From the NCBI GenBank assembly GCA_907165135.1, contig OU015568.1:10602001-10666000 (forward strand): a stretch of DNA of 64,000 nt, in the 5' to 3' direction. Made by a program: the position numbers and the translations under genes. Numbering within the stretch: position 1 is the stretch's first letter; each line of letters starts with the position of its first letter. Origin of the DNA: Oikopleura dioica (taxonomy: Eukaryota; Animalia; Chordata). This document shows positions 12,828 through 25,020 of the stretch, piece after piece. Under the pieces are notes generated by a model, which did no database searches, was not told the DNA's origin, and saw nothing but the letters and a program-made list of their open reading frames with translations.

Positions 12828-13156
12828 TTTTCTGAATTTTACTCTTTATTTTTTCAGTTAGTCAAAGTTTGTCAAACAGTCAAGTGATTATTTTGGAAAG
12901 ATCAACGCTAGAATGAAATAATCGCAAACTGAAGTTCGCGGAGGACTCTTACGTGGAGGCCCCGCTCTTGATGGAAGAACGGCGCATCCTGGAAGAGTCT
13001 GATATTTTCCAGAGGAGAATGTTCAAAGTAAAATCTGATAGTTATCAAAAAGCCCAGAATCAGCTTAGCTCATTAATTAGTTGATTAACGACATTTGAGC
13101 ATAATATAAAGAGTGAATCAACGCAGGTTATTGTCGTCTTTATTGCTTCTCAATCA

Positions 13157-13972
13157 GAGTGGTCGTCATTTGCCCAAGTCGTCATTTGCCCAAGTCGTCA
13201 TCTGCGCAAGTCGTCATCTGCCCAACTTGGGCAAATGACGATCTTAGGTGAAAGACGATCTGTAATTGAATTTAAATTTGAAAATCACTTTTTTGTGTTT
13301 CACAGGAGCGGACTCATCACTGTACAAGTCCGGAAGTCCGGTCGATATTTTTTGATTGCAAAGATTTACTCGATTAGGCCTCGATCAGAAAAATAGTAAG
13401 AGAAAGTCTTTCTTAAAAATCTCCTGAATACCCTACGGTAGAGTCTCAACCATTCTTGGAGTTGGCTTCCGGGAGAGATTCATAACTTTTGTGTACTTTT
13501 TCACGAGACTCGGCTGCGGAGTACCCTTGGTTCCAGTGGGACTGTTCCGCATCGACATTTTAATTCAATCAATTCAAACTAAATTTCATCTGAAATTCAG
13601 ACTAAACAAAAAAACCGACTAAATTTGCACCATTTTCCGACGCCAAGCGTTAGTAAGCCTTGCTCAGAAAGGGTATACCCACACCTTGCTTTTCGATACG
13701 GTGCGAATCTCGCACTGCGAATGTCCCAGATTATAGCAGATGAAATTGTTTTTTAAAGAAAAACTTTCGAATTTGATGTGATAAGAGGCCCACATCCTGC
13801 GAGTAGTCTGTGGCAACCTATTAACCTCCACCAATTTAATCCACTGTATTAAATTTTGACTTCAATTACATCGTCATTCACCCAGGTCGTCATTTACCCA
13901 AGTTGGGCAGATGACGATCTTGGGCAGATGACGACTTGGGCAGATGACGACTTGGGCAAATGACGACCACTC
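13157..13972. mobile_element. 816-bp non-autonomous DNA transposon with ~125-bp repeat-built TIRs and an 8-bp TSD
   Basis: Termini are GAGTGGTCG...CGACCACTC. CTCAATCA is duplicated at 13149-13156 and 13973-13980. The TIRs are made of 16-17 bp units GTCGTCATYTGCCCAA. Confidence 0.9.
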
Positions 13973-15457
13973 CTCAATCACCCTTTTGGAACCAAAGCTT
14001 TTGTTCAACTTTTGGATATCCTTTCGAGACGGGATTTCGCGTAAAAAGGATGAAACCGGAAGGATTTTCCCGACTGCGACAGGTTTATTCCGAACCGGAG
14101 AAGAAATAAAACCTTTTCATATTTCCGGTGTTAAACGGATGGGATCTTGTTTTCGACATAAACAGGAGTAAGAGGCCGTCAATACTCGACGTGTTTGATC
14201 TTTTGTCGGTACCAGTGGATTTATGAAGCTCAACTAATCTTTTATTCGAGGACGCCTTTGATGCTTTGATTTTTTGACGAGAGACAGGTCGGGCTTGAGA
14301 AATTTATGCTCGAACGAACGGTCAAATTGAGCGAATAAAATAGCCATAACGGGAATGTAGGAAAAAGGTCATTTTGATAGTAAACATTAGCATTTGAGGA
14401 TTGAGTTCTTCGAATAAAAATGTTGCCGGTTGCAGTTGATAAACTTTCTTGTGGAAACCGATCACTTACCCGCGGACAATGGCCACTCTCCTTGAAGCAC
14501 TGGAAAAAAGTTCGACCTTGAGAAGATGCTCTGGCTCAGATCCAATTAGCAGAAAGAATGCTTGTTTAATTAGCTCAACTGCCACTTATTTCCGCCTGAG
14601 CAAATCAGTGAGAGTGGTCGGGGATTGTGTTTTTTGTCTGACTTTTGTGATTTTATCGGACAAGTGTTACCGGCGGGACGATCAGAGGGCCACAGAAGAG
14701 GTGCCACTTGGGCGTGGCTCCCCTGGACCGAAGTTACCGTTTGTCGACTGAGTGCGAGCTCAGTACTGGCATGATTTACTGGCGCCAATAAAGCCATCGT
14801 GTATCCAATTTGCCAACAATGGGCTAATTAAGAATTCCGTGCAAGCTGGAGAATTTCCAACTCACTACCTGCTTCCGCTTCTGGCTTTTGCGGTGGCCTC
14901 TTGAATTATTCGAGAGAAAATTATTTATCCTCTTCGCGCCTGAATAATACAGTGTCTTTATCGAGTATTCATGCTCTGTAGTTGTAGAATAGACCGCGTA
15001 CATGAGTGTTTATGCTCGCAAGAATCTACTCTTTTAGAAAGAGAATTGGAAGTGTCCGCTGATCAAATTTGAGTAGTCGTAGTTTTACGTTAAAGACCAT
15101 AAATGGAATCATAGCTAATGCAAACATTCCGCAAATAGCATGCATTTGAATATCTGTAGAAATCTAACCCACAGGCGTGTAAATATCCCAAGTTTGCGGA
15201 AAAACGTAAACGCAAATAGTAAAAAATCATCTCTGACGTTCTCCATATTTCGCCGCCATTTTTACGCAAATATTTAATTTTATGCTTTTCAAATTTACTT
15301 GACTGTAGATCCGAGCCGCTCGATCCACCTGGCCTCGTTGTCTTACATTCTATCTTTTCCGTCTAAATCCGAAAAAATCATAGTAAGAAGCGGAAAATAT
15401 CAGTTTTTCATTCCGATTGACGTCAATTGAGCACTGGGTACACGTGTCGTAAAAATT

Positions 15458-16296
15458 GGTGCCCAAATTTGGGCACCTTCGCTCATCCCAAGCCACTCTC
15501 TTGAAGCTGCACGTCAGACAGAATCATGATTTCCCCCTCAGGGGAATTCAGACACGGCTGCGAAGCAGACCACGTCTCTATATTATGGATAGGTGTATCC
15601 TCTACTAAAGCCACTTCAGTAACTTCGTCTAGTCGGGGATTATTGAAATCCCACACATCCGGGCAATAGCGAAGGTAAACGGATTTTTACCGTTTACGAG
15701 GTCCGTCGATTGCTTTGAAAATTGCAACGCCACTGAATCAGCATCTTTGAAATGTTAAAAGCGCATTAAAACAAGTTGAACTACGGATACATATATTTAT
15801 TCCTAACCCGGTTGCTTTACGAGCAAGTTCGTGAAGCTCAAGCTCGAGAACAAAAGATTTACTTTCAGACAAAATAAAGCCCTATTCAAAGAAAAATCGA
15901 TCGTTCAAAACGAGGCAATGAACAAGGAACGTTAATGGTGGTTTATCTTTCGAAAAGGCGAGGATGTTTGTCTATTGAATGATTATACATTCCAGTTGTC
16001 TAGACAAACGGTTCTATCCGGACCTATTGATGGAGATTTTCAATGGCAAAAGAATCGTAATTCCGTGAATGTGCTGTGGGTTAATCAACTTTATCGAGTG
16101 CAGTCAGTGGCTGAATAGCCTGTGACGCCAAAGATTGCTAGAGCAAGATGCGAGCAACGGGCGCAGAGGAGCGGTGGTGATTGTGAGCTCGGCAATTGGA
16201 GCTGCGCACTGCCATATTTGGGCAACGGAGCGCCCCGATCTCCAAATATGGAAAGCGCCACAATCGGTGGTGAGAGCTCCCTCCAAGACTTATAAA
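15458..16296 (+). promoter_or_regulatory. Actin promoter/enhancer: three CArG boxes and a TATA box
   Basis: CC(A/T)6GG occurs at 15463-15472 (inside a 20-bp palindrome), 16212-16221 and 16242-16251. TATAAA is at 16291-16296, ~100 bp before the ATG. Confidence 0.7.
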
Positions 16297-16394
16297 GAGC
16301 AGCCGTAGCAGTTCAACGGACACAGATCACTTTTCCTGATCGCCTGGTGAACTTATTTTTCCAAAAAAAAAACTCACTTTCCTTTTAACTCAAA

Positions 16395-17644
<1,250 letters not shown>

Positions 17645-18552
17645 ACAGCTTTCTAAAGAAACACAACCAAAAGCGCACTTCTGTACTCTGTTTCGTACTC
17701 CAACTGCTGTTGTACATAAATCTACACAAATTATTACTACACTTTCTAGGAATAAGAACCAACCAGCATCACTGCGTCGACTTTTCTTGGGCACGCCACT
17801 TCGACCTACCGGGAATGCCGGGGGAGAGAAGTGGCCTGCTCAACGGCGTATAATTTTAAATAAAACAACCAAAAACCATCAACCCTGCGTTTTCTTACCA
17901 ACAAAAAACGGCATTGTTTGACATCACAAAAGCTTTATTTAAATTTCACTGAAGTGTGGTAGTGTAGTTGGGTAAATAACGGAAAAAAGGAACGAAAAAT
18001 CAATAGAATTTTGCCGATTTGGGCACACACAATGGGCGGATAAAAAGGACGTCAAGGACGCGTGTTCTTCCCACAAGTGCTCATGAATAAGTAAATCTTG
18101 GGGAAGCTGATCGTGAATCGCTAATAGATTTTGTCCAAAATCACCTTGAAGAATTGATAGCTCCTGGACAGTAGATATTCTTATTTAGATAAATTTTAGA
18201 TCAAAACTGTCTTCATAGAAGACCGGCATAAAACCTCAAACCTGTCGGGTAGACAGATTGAAAGGACGAAAAAAAGGCTTACGAATAAATTATAAGCAAT
18301 AGACAAATTTCAAGCAAGAATAACTTTCAAATAGCGAGAAAGCAATTCTTGCCTTTTTGGGTTTGAATGACAAATTAACATGTTGAAATTTTTACGACAG
18401 AAGAATAAGAATAAGCTGGTTTATAGGAGTGGGGAGTGTTGGCGGATGAATGAGACAAAGAACAGAGTGTGATGATAAATGGCCTTGATCTAGCCGGCCG
18501 GTTTTCGTCTTTTCATCGTTTTTTTTCAGTTAGTGAGTGGCAATAAGCGCAT

Positions 18553-18953
18553 TCACGCCATCTGGTAGGTGCGTGAATTATTGACGGCGACCTGCCAACC
18601 GGCAAAAACCAGTGTTCCGGCGTAAATCGCACCCGTAATGTAGCAGTTGATGGCGGTGTTGGCGTACGCTTCCGAGACGGCTTCCCTCGAGTCATCTTCT
18701 ATAAAAAAAGTCCGTGAAATCGGGGGTTTAATTTCGAGCAATTGACAATTTCCCTTCGTCGACAATTTTTAAATTACTTGATTGATGACTAGCAAAAATC
18801 AAAATAGAACTTACTGGGGCTGATGTCTTCTCTCAGTGCCGGTGATTCAACGTGAAAGAATGCGCCAAGCAGCAGAAACATGATGATCCCCCATGCCGAG
18901 ACGCATGCACAGACGATGGAGCATTTGGGACCGATTATTTTAGGGCCAATCAT
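18553..18953 (-). CDS. RNASEK: Ribonuclease kappa / V-ATPase subunit f
   Basis: Spliced: MIGPKIIGPKCSIVCACVSAWGIIMFLLLGAFFHVESPALREDISP/KDDSREAVSEAYANTAINCYITGAIY...NNSRTYQMA*. This matches the GPK...SAWG..M...LG.FF and NC..A..Y pattern of the family. Confidence 0.88.
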
Positions 18954-19047
18954 TCTAAAATCAAGCTCATTCAGCGTGTCTTATAGAATCAGAATAAGTT
19001 AGGGGCGATTTCGAATGCTTCACTCGAAAATAAAAATATTCGTCGGC

Positions 19048-19454
19048 TTATTTGTTCCACGACTTCATCATTTTTTTCTTCGCGCTTCCTTTGAGAGGTT
19101 TTAGATTTTTCCTGGCGGCCTCACGCTCGGCGAGTTGAGCAGCACGCGCTGCCGCCTGAGCGGCTTGTTGTTCTTTCGCCTTCCCTTGTTGAGCCTAAAT
19201 GAGGAGACGTGTTAAAAAACTGTAGCTCACGCAGAATCTACCTTTTTAAACGCTGCCATGCGCTGAGTCCTTCCCTTCTCATTCGAGCTGTATTTCTGTA
19301 GTATTTCTTTTAAAATATCAGCAATTTTGAAATCACTTTCTTTATTTGTTTTTGACGCAATTGCTGGTGCGCAAATAGGAGGCGAAAACGGCGAAATCTT
19401 GTGGGGCACAGACTGCCTAATGATTCCAACTGTTAGTCGAATTACTCTTGACAT
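19048..19454 (-). CDS. Small basic Ala/Lys-rich orphan protein (2 exons), possibly mitochondrial
   Basis: ttcAG-A-ATG start. ORF 19227-19454 is joined by a GT-AG intron to AQQGKAKEQQAAQAAARAAQLAEREAARK...KSWNK*. No family recognised. Confidence 0.5.
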
Positions 19455-19543
19455 TCTGAAGACAGAAATCTAAGCATAATTCGAATAAAAATAGAACTTG
19501 AGAGCGAATCAAAATAGTGCGAAAATCATTGAGCGAAAAAAGA

Positions 19544-20969
19544 TCAATTTGAAAGGTTGTTTTGAACGAATTTGAAAATCTCGATTGCACCAGACGCAGC
19601 ATCACCATCGGCGATTTCCACATTGCTGCCGAGATCTTTGAGAAACGGAATAAAAAGTTTGCACGCGCCACCTGAGAGAATGATTTTCTCGAATAGTGGG
19701 AAGACGAAATGGTCATTTTTGAAACGAAGAAGATTTTTTAGGTTGGCTAGTAACGACTTGACGAGTGAGACAGAAGTTTCGACCGATTTTTGTCCTTGTA
19801 AAAGTGGAAGTTTTCCGTAACCTAAATACTTCAAGTATACTTCGGAAAATGATGAAAAGACCAACCTTCCAAGCCACATCTTTCCGGATAAAGTCGAGCA
19901 TGAGGATAGTCAGGAATTTCGTCTGTATTGACTATTCGCTGAATAGCTTCGTCGACATTTGAGAATTCGACTCCATGCTCTTGAACAAAAGCAGAAAGAA
20001 CATTTCCACCATTCATACTTGCTATAGTGACGAGCGGACTAACTACAAGATAATTTATAAGCCAAGAAGAATGGCTTACATTTTGGGGTCCAAAAACGGA
20101 CGAATCTCGACGGAACCGTTTTCGTTCACCGTCTGTTCCGAAAGAAATGTCATTTGTGCTGACGTTCCAAAGTTGAGAAAGAGAACATTCTTTTCAAGAG
20201 GCATACCAAGGCCAGCAACGGAACACTGATGATCTCCCAGGCCAACGAGAACTTTACAAGCTCCAATTCCGAAAATATTAGACTCCGTGCTAATCGATGT
20301 CTGATCTTTTAGATCCATCGCAACCTCAAGCAGCAGATTGTCTACAGGATCAACTGTCCAGCTTGTTTCTTGAGTCCAACAGCCAAAACTGTGAGCGGTT
20401 TGGGGACTCTTCGAAAGAGATCAGAAATTTGTCTTTTTCAAACTTGATCATCTTTGAGCCCTTGGCATACGAGGTCTGAGAGTCTCCGTCAATCGCGCGA
20501 CGACGTAGTCCATTATTGTTCCTGCAGCGATGGCGGTGGTCAGACAAGATGGATTGTGCTTACGTAGCCAAAGGAGTGTTGCGATCCCATAGCCTGGATG
20601 GAGTCGGCCACCTTTGCTAACATCGTCACAAAACACCTTATATTGATGTCTTTTTTGGATTCCCTTTGATAGCAAGCTGACCTGGGAGCATCGCGTATCT
20701 TCCCATGTTATCAAATTCGTCGTCGGGTTAAAATTCTCATCCCAGGACAAAACTCCATGCATTTGCCCCGTCACCACAACACCAGTTACTTTTTCATTTT
20801 CCAATTTCTCGAAGCATTTGATCAAATTATCGACGATGGTTATTGGATCGATTTCTTTGTGTGACTCGGACTGTACATCTTCCGAGTATGAAATAGGGAA
20901 TGACTGCTTTTCATGGCCTTCAGGGAGGAATTTACAGTTCGTTGTTCCTATGTCTATTCCTACAATCAT
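19544..20969 (-). CDS. SHPK: Sedoheptulokinase (FGGY carbohydrate kinase)
   Basis: GIDIGTT, VTGQMHG, LITWEDTRC, GYGIATLLWL, AAGTIMDYVV, GDHQCSV, LNFGTSAQ and MNGGNVL motifs. Confidence 0.88.
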
Positions 20970-21140
20970 TCTGAAATGGAATCATAACAATCAACGAAGA
21001 TATAAGCGCGTATTTTATTTTGTGAAACTGGCAGTAAACTTGTTGTTCATTAGGCACAGTTGGAATGCGTGGAATAGTTAAAGTAAAGAGTGAAAAATCT
21101 AAAGTGTTACAAAATGTAAAATCTAGCCAATTTGTGCTTC

Positions 21141-23430
21141 TCACTTTTCGACCATTTCTTCGACGGATTCAGAGTGAATGATGGGTGTCGGAATGGAGAG
21201 CTGCTTTGCCTCGCTTCTTGATGCTTGATTCGAGTTTGATCCAAAGCCTGAGTCGAGTCCTTCGCCTTGGCTTTTACTCGCGCTTCCTGTCGTGGAGCCG
21301 TCTTGGAAATATTGGTACTCGCTTGCTTCGAAACTAAAGGGACATTTACACCAATAATTATGAGCCTTAATCAACCTGAATCCCCGTGAGTCGCCGTAAA
21401 TGCTGTCCATGCACACATCGCCATCCAAGGCGTGTTCATCATCCTTGATTGCATCCATTCTTTCTTCATTTCCACTGCTTTGAAAATTAGCCTGCGATTG
21501 AATATGTGTCGATTCTGCGTTGCCCGTCTTCCTCGACATCTTATCCTCGCTCTTAATAATCGCCGAAACATCCCAGCTCTGTCCAATCTCCGATTTCATT
21601 GAGCAGTCCAGATTATCATCGTTCAACGAAGAGTTTCTCACTTGTTGTTTATCAGCTTTAGCCTCCTCTAGCGCAGTATCATCGAGGTCAGAGTCGCTCG
21701 ATAAGTTTTCATTCGATTCCATGTCGTCGAAGGTCAAGTGTTTAGAAATTTCAGCCGAGTCAGAGAGCAGACGGCGATGTCTTGAACGAGGCGTGATTGA
21801 TTTTTCATCCTTGGGAATGGGCGAAAGGCAGATATCATCATTTCCAAAAGGCGATCTATTCAATCATCAAATAATGATGGAAAATACGAAGATTTTTACC
21901 TGAAAGGAGAGCAATAAGGCGTTCCATCGAAGACTTCAGGCCCTCCTCCACAAGTTGAGAGGGCACCGGGCGAGGTAGCATTTGAAACTGGTGATATTTT
22001 GATGGGAGAACTGGAGAACTGCTCAGAATTCGGAGTGAAAACTAAAGGAAGATCAGAAGAAGATTTATGAGCTTTTTGTACCTTGTTGATTGGGAGGTGG
22101 ATATCTACTTGGCGATTGAAAGGGCGCAGGGACGATTTCGTCGTCGTCTTCTTCTTCAGACTCGCCTTCGGGTCCTTCAAAAAGCTTTCTTCTTAGTGAG
22201 CTATTAGCGCTGCCCAAACTGGCTTCTCGGGAGGGGGGAATCGTTTGCATCGGTGCACCATGTTTTTCAAGAAATTCGAAAAGGTTAAAATCCGGAGGTA
22301 GTGATGTGTTCGTTTGCGTTGAAGCTTCTTGCGTTAGTTCGTTGCTCAATCTTGAAAATGACTAAAAAAGGGATTAGTTTTTTGTAGGGCTATTGCATCT
22401 TTACTCTTGATTTATTCAGTCTTGATCTGTTGGCGCTTTCATTATGGCCGGTCCAGGGGCTTGTTAGATCCGTCTGCTGGAGCCATTCTTGGCAAGCAGA
22501 TGCATTACGAGTTGAATCTTCATTTGTTATCGTTGATTGATACTGTGAGTCGACTTGCTCGTCTGTAATTGGAACTGGAAAGAGGACGGATCGCTGCTCA
22601 AGAGTCCAGCCGCCATTTTTAACTGAATTAGGGGTGCCAATATTAGAAGCAATTTCCAGAACGCTTGGGGACATCATCACTCCATCCTTCGAACAAGTGT
22701 TTATTTTCAGAATAGGGAAATAAAATGGCTCCACAACCAGTGTAGAAAGCTGAGCCAGGGCTACAATATGAAGCCGCTAAGTTTCATAAAAACGAAGTAA
22801 GGACCCTGACTCAGGGCACTATATAAGCCAACGACTCACGTTTTCGAAAGGATTAACAACGCATCTTGGCGAGACTAAAGGCATGTTCCGTGGATTGGAA
22901 GAATGAGGCCCGGGACTGGAACAGGTAGAGTTGGAAGTGGAAGACTTTCCGCTGGAAGAAATCACCGAGTTCGAGGAGGGCGAAGCGCAGCTAGATGGAG
23001 ATGTAGGTCGCATTCGGCGATTTCGGATTGTCAGAGGCGTGCGTTTTCTACAACTACAGGAAATATTCTTGATTCTACTCTTCTTGATTCTCGGAAATGA
23101 AAACAAAAACAAGTTAGGAAAAGCGCTTTTGAGTGCGATTCACGCGAAACAATAAAAAAATGGATGAAACGAGGCGGCAACAATCGGCAATTTCTGGATG
23201 CGGCGCAGAATTTACGAGAATTAAAGACCCAGCCCAATTCTCAATATTGGCTCAAGAAGAGCGAGAAATAAAAGTAAACGGAGATGAACTTGGAATGTTG
23301 CCAGTCAGAAATAATTTTTAAATGATTCGGAGCGGCTGAGTTTTTACCTGTTCGGCGTCGATGGAGTTTTCGCAAACTGGGTTGTTTCTTCATTCTCGTA
23401 AATAGTCTCTGGGAGAGAATTTTCATCCAT
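21141..23430 (-). CDS. BORA: Protein aurora borealis (Aurora A activator), multi-exon
   Basis: VVNPFE, SPSV...TP...WTLEQRSVLFPVPI, SPWT, QTNTSLPPDFNL and a DSGFGS degron follow the BORA pattern. The putative start is MDENSLPETIYE at 23430. Confidence 0.78.
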
Positions 23431-25020
23431 CGACGTCTAAAATAAATTTCCATCAAAAACAGAGCCCTGAGCCAAATCAAACTTAACAAATTTAAAAACC
23501 AAGTTCAGTATTCTCTTTTCAATAAGAAGAAGATATATATTTTTATTAATAGTTTCAAATTGAAAGCGAATTTCTCGTTCAAGCGCATTTTTCTCTACTT
23601 AAAACCCAGTACAGTGAGCGTTACTGTGTACACTGCTGCAAAAGCCAATCAATAATCCTTTTAAAATACAGTTAAACAATCAATTCGGCTAATTTTCCGC
23701 TCTTATCCCAATTTTCAGCTTGCAACGTCTCTTAATTTTCCGTTTTAGCCGTATTCCTTGATTTCTTGAGACATTCGGGAGTCAAAATAAAGGGCGCCTT
23801 TCTTTTCAAGTTCGTTGGATTTCCCGATTCGGCCAATCAACGCGGCGAGAATATTCTCCAGGGAGGATTTGAAAAAAGTTCGTCTAACGAACGAGCGCGA
23901 AATTATTTTTAAAACAAATATTTTATCTTCGAATGCAAACTTTGTTTTTCAAATTCGTAAATGAAAGATCAATTAGAACTGACTGATTTTCGTTTTAATT
24001 TCGATTACTATTTAACTACTTTAGCTGCTGATTTTACTTGAATCCGCAAGCGTCTTCTTGTTTTCTCAGCAGCAATTCCAGTTAAATACCAGTCAGTACA
24101 AGATGTAGTTAAAAATTACCGGTTCATGTTGCTTCCAAAAGACCATCTCGCAATTTTAAAGCTCTATTCCTCGTCGACTAAACTCTAAGATCTTTCTTCC
24201 AATAGCTATCTGCCAATTGCGAATAAAAAGGTCATTTTAGCGCGTCGCGTTTATTTCTGGCGAAAAATAACGTTTCGCGGAAGCTGCTCGCTGGTTTTGA
24301 AAGGAAGTGATTTGGAAAAAAACTCAACTGAAATTTTAAAGATATGATCGCGGCCAGATCGACCCACTCCGCTCCTCGCGTGCTTCATTTTTTGCTGTTT
24401 GCCTTTTTGGAACTATTAATAAGATGCTTCATTTTTGATAGACAAGAAAGTTTAATTTTATAAACTGAAATATATATTTATTCATAAAGGTATCAACAGT
24501 CTTGGTTGACTTTTCGCGTTGACGAGTATTTTTTATATTTGATATTGAGAAATATGCATTTTATTTTGTGGAGAAATGATTTCTTTCTTTTCTTTGTTGC
24601 ATATTTCCCGAATAAGAATTTTACAGGAAAGCAGACTTTTTTCGGGGTTGAAAGTTTTGTGTTGGCAGTAAAAACAAAAACGCGGGAACTTAGATTACAT
24701 CAAGGAGGACAGGGAGAAGAGCTAGAATTCTGAATTCGCGAAAGCATGAACTATTCAAGTAGATGTTAAATTGGATTTGGATTTGGTAAAGTTTAAACTG
24801 GAAGAAGATAAATTTTAAATTTGAAGAGTTTTGGAGGGAACGGGAGCAAATAAACGCACGAATTAGCGCCACCACGTGACGCGAAAAATGAGAAATTGAC
24901 TGGCACACAATGAAGGTGGAGAAAAGGGAGATTATGCGTAAAGGCCGCGGAAGGTAAAACTTTGAATTTTTGTTCTGGAAAAAGAAGGGATCGAGGTTCG
25001 CTTTTTACATTAGATAATAA

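Noticed and set aside
13157-13260. 16-bp tandem repeats as a CRISPR-like array
   Set aside because: The units abut without unique spacers, the context is eukaryotic, and they are explained as TIR subrepeats of a transposon with a TSD.
14449-14797. Overlapping ORFs on both strands upstream of actin
   Set aside because: No recognisable motif or consistent splice structure, so they cannot be supported as coding or as ncRNA.
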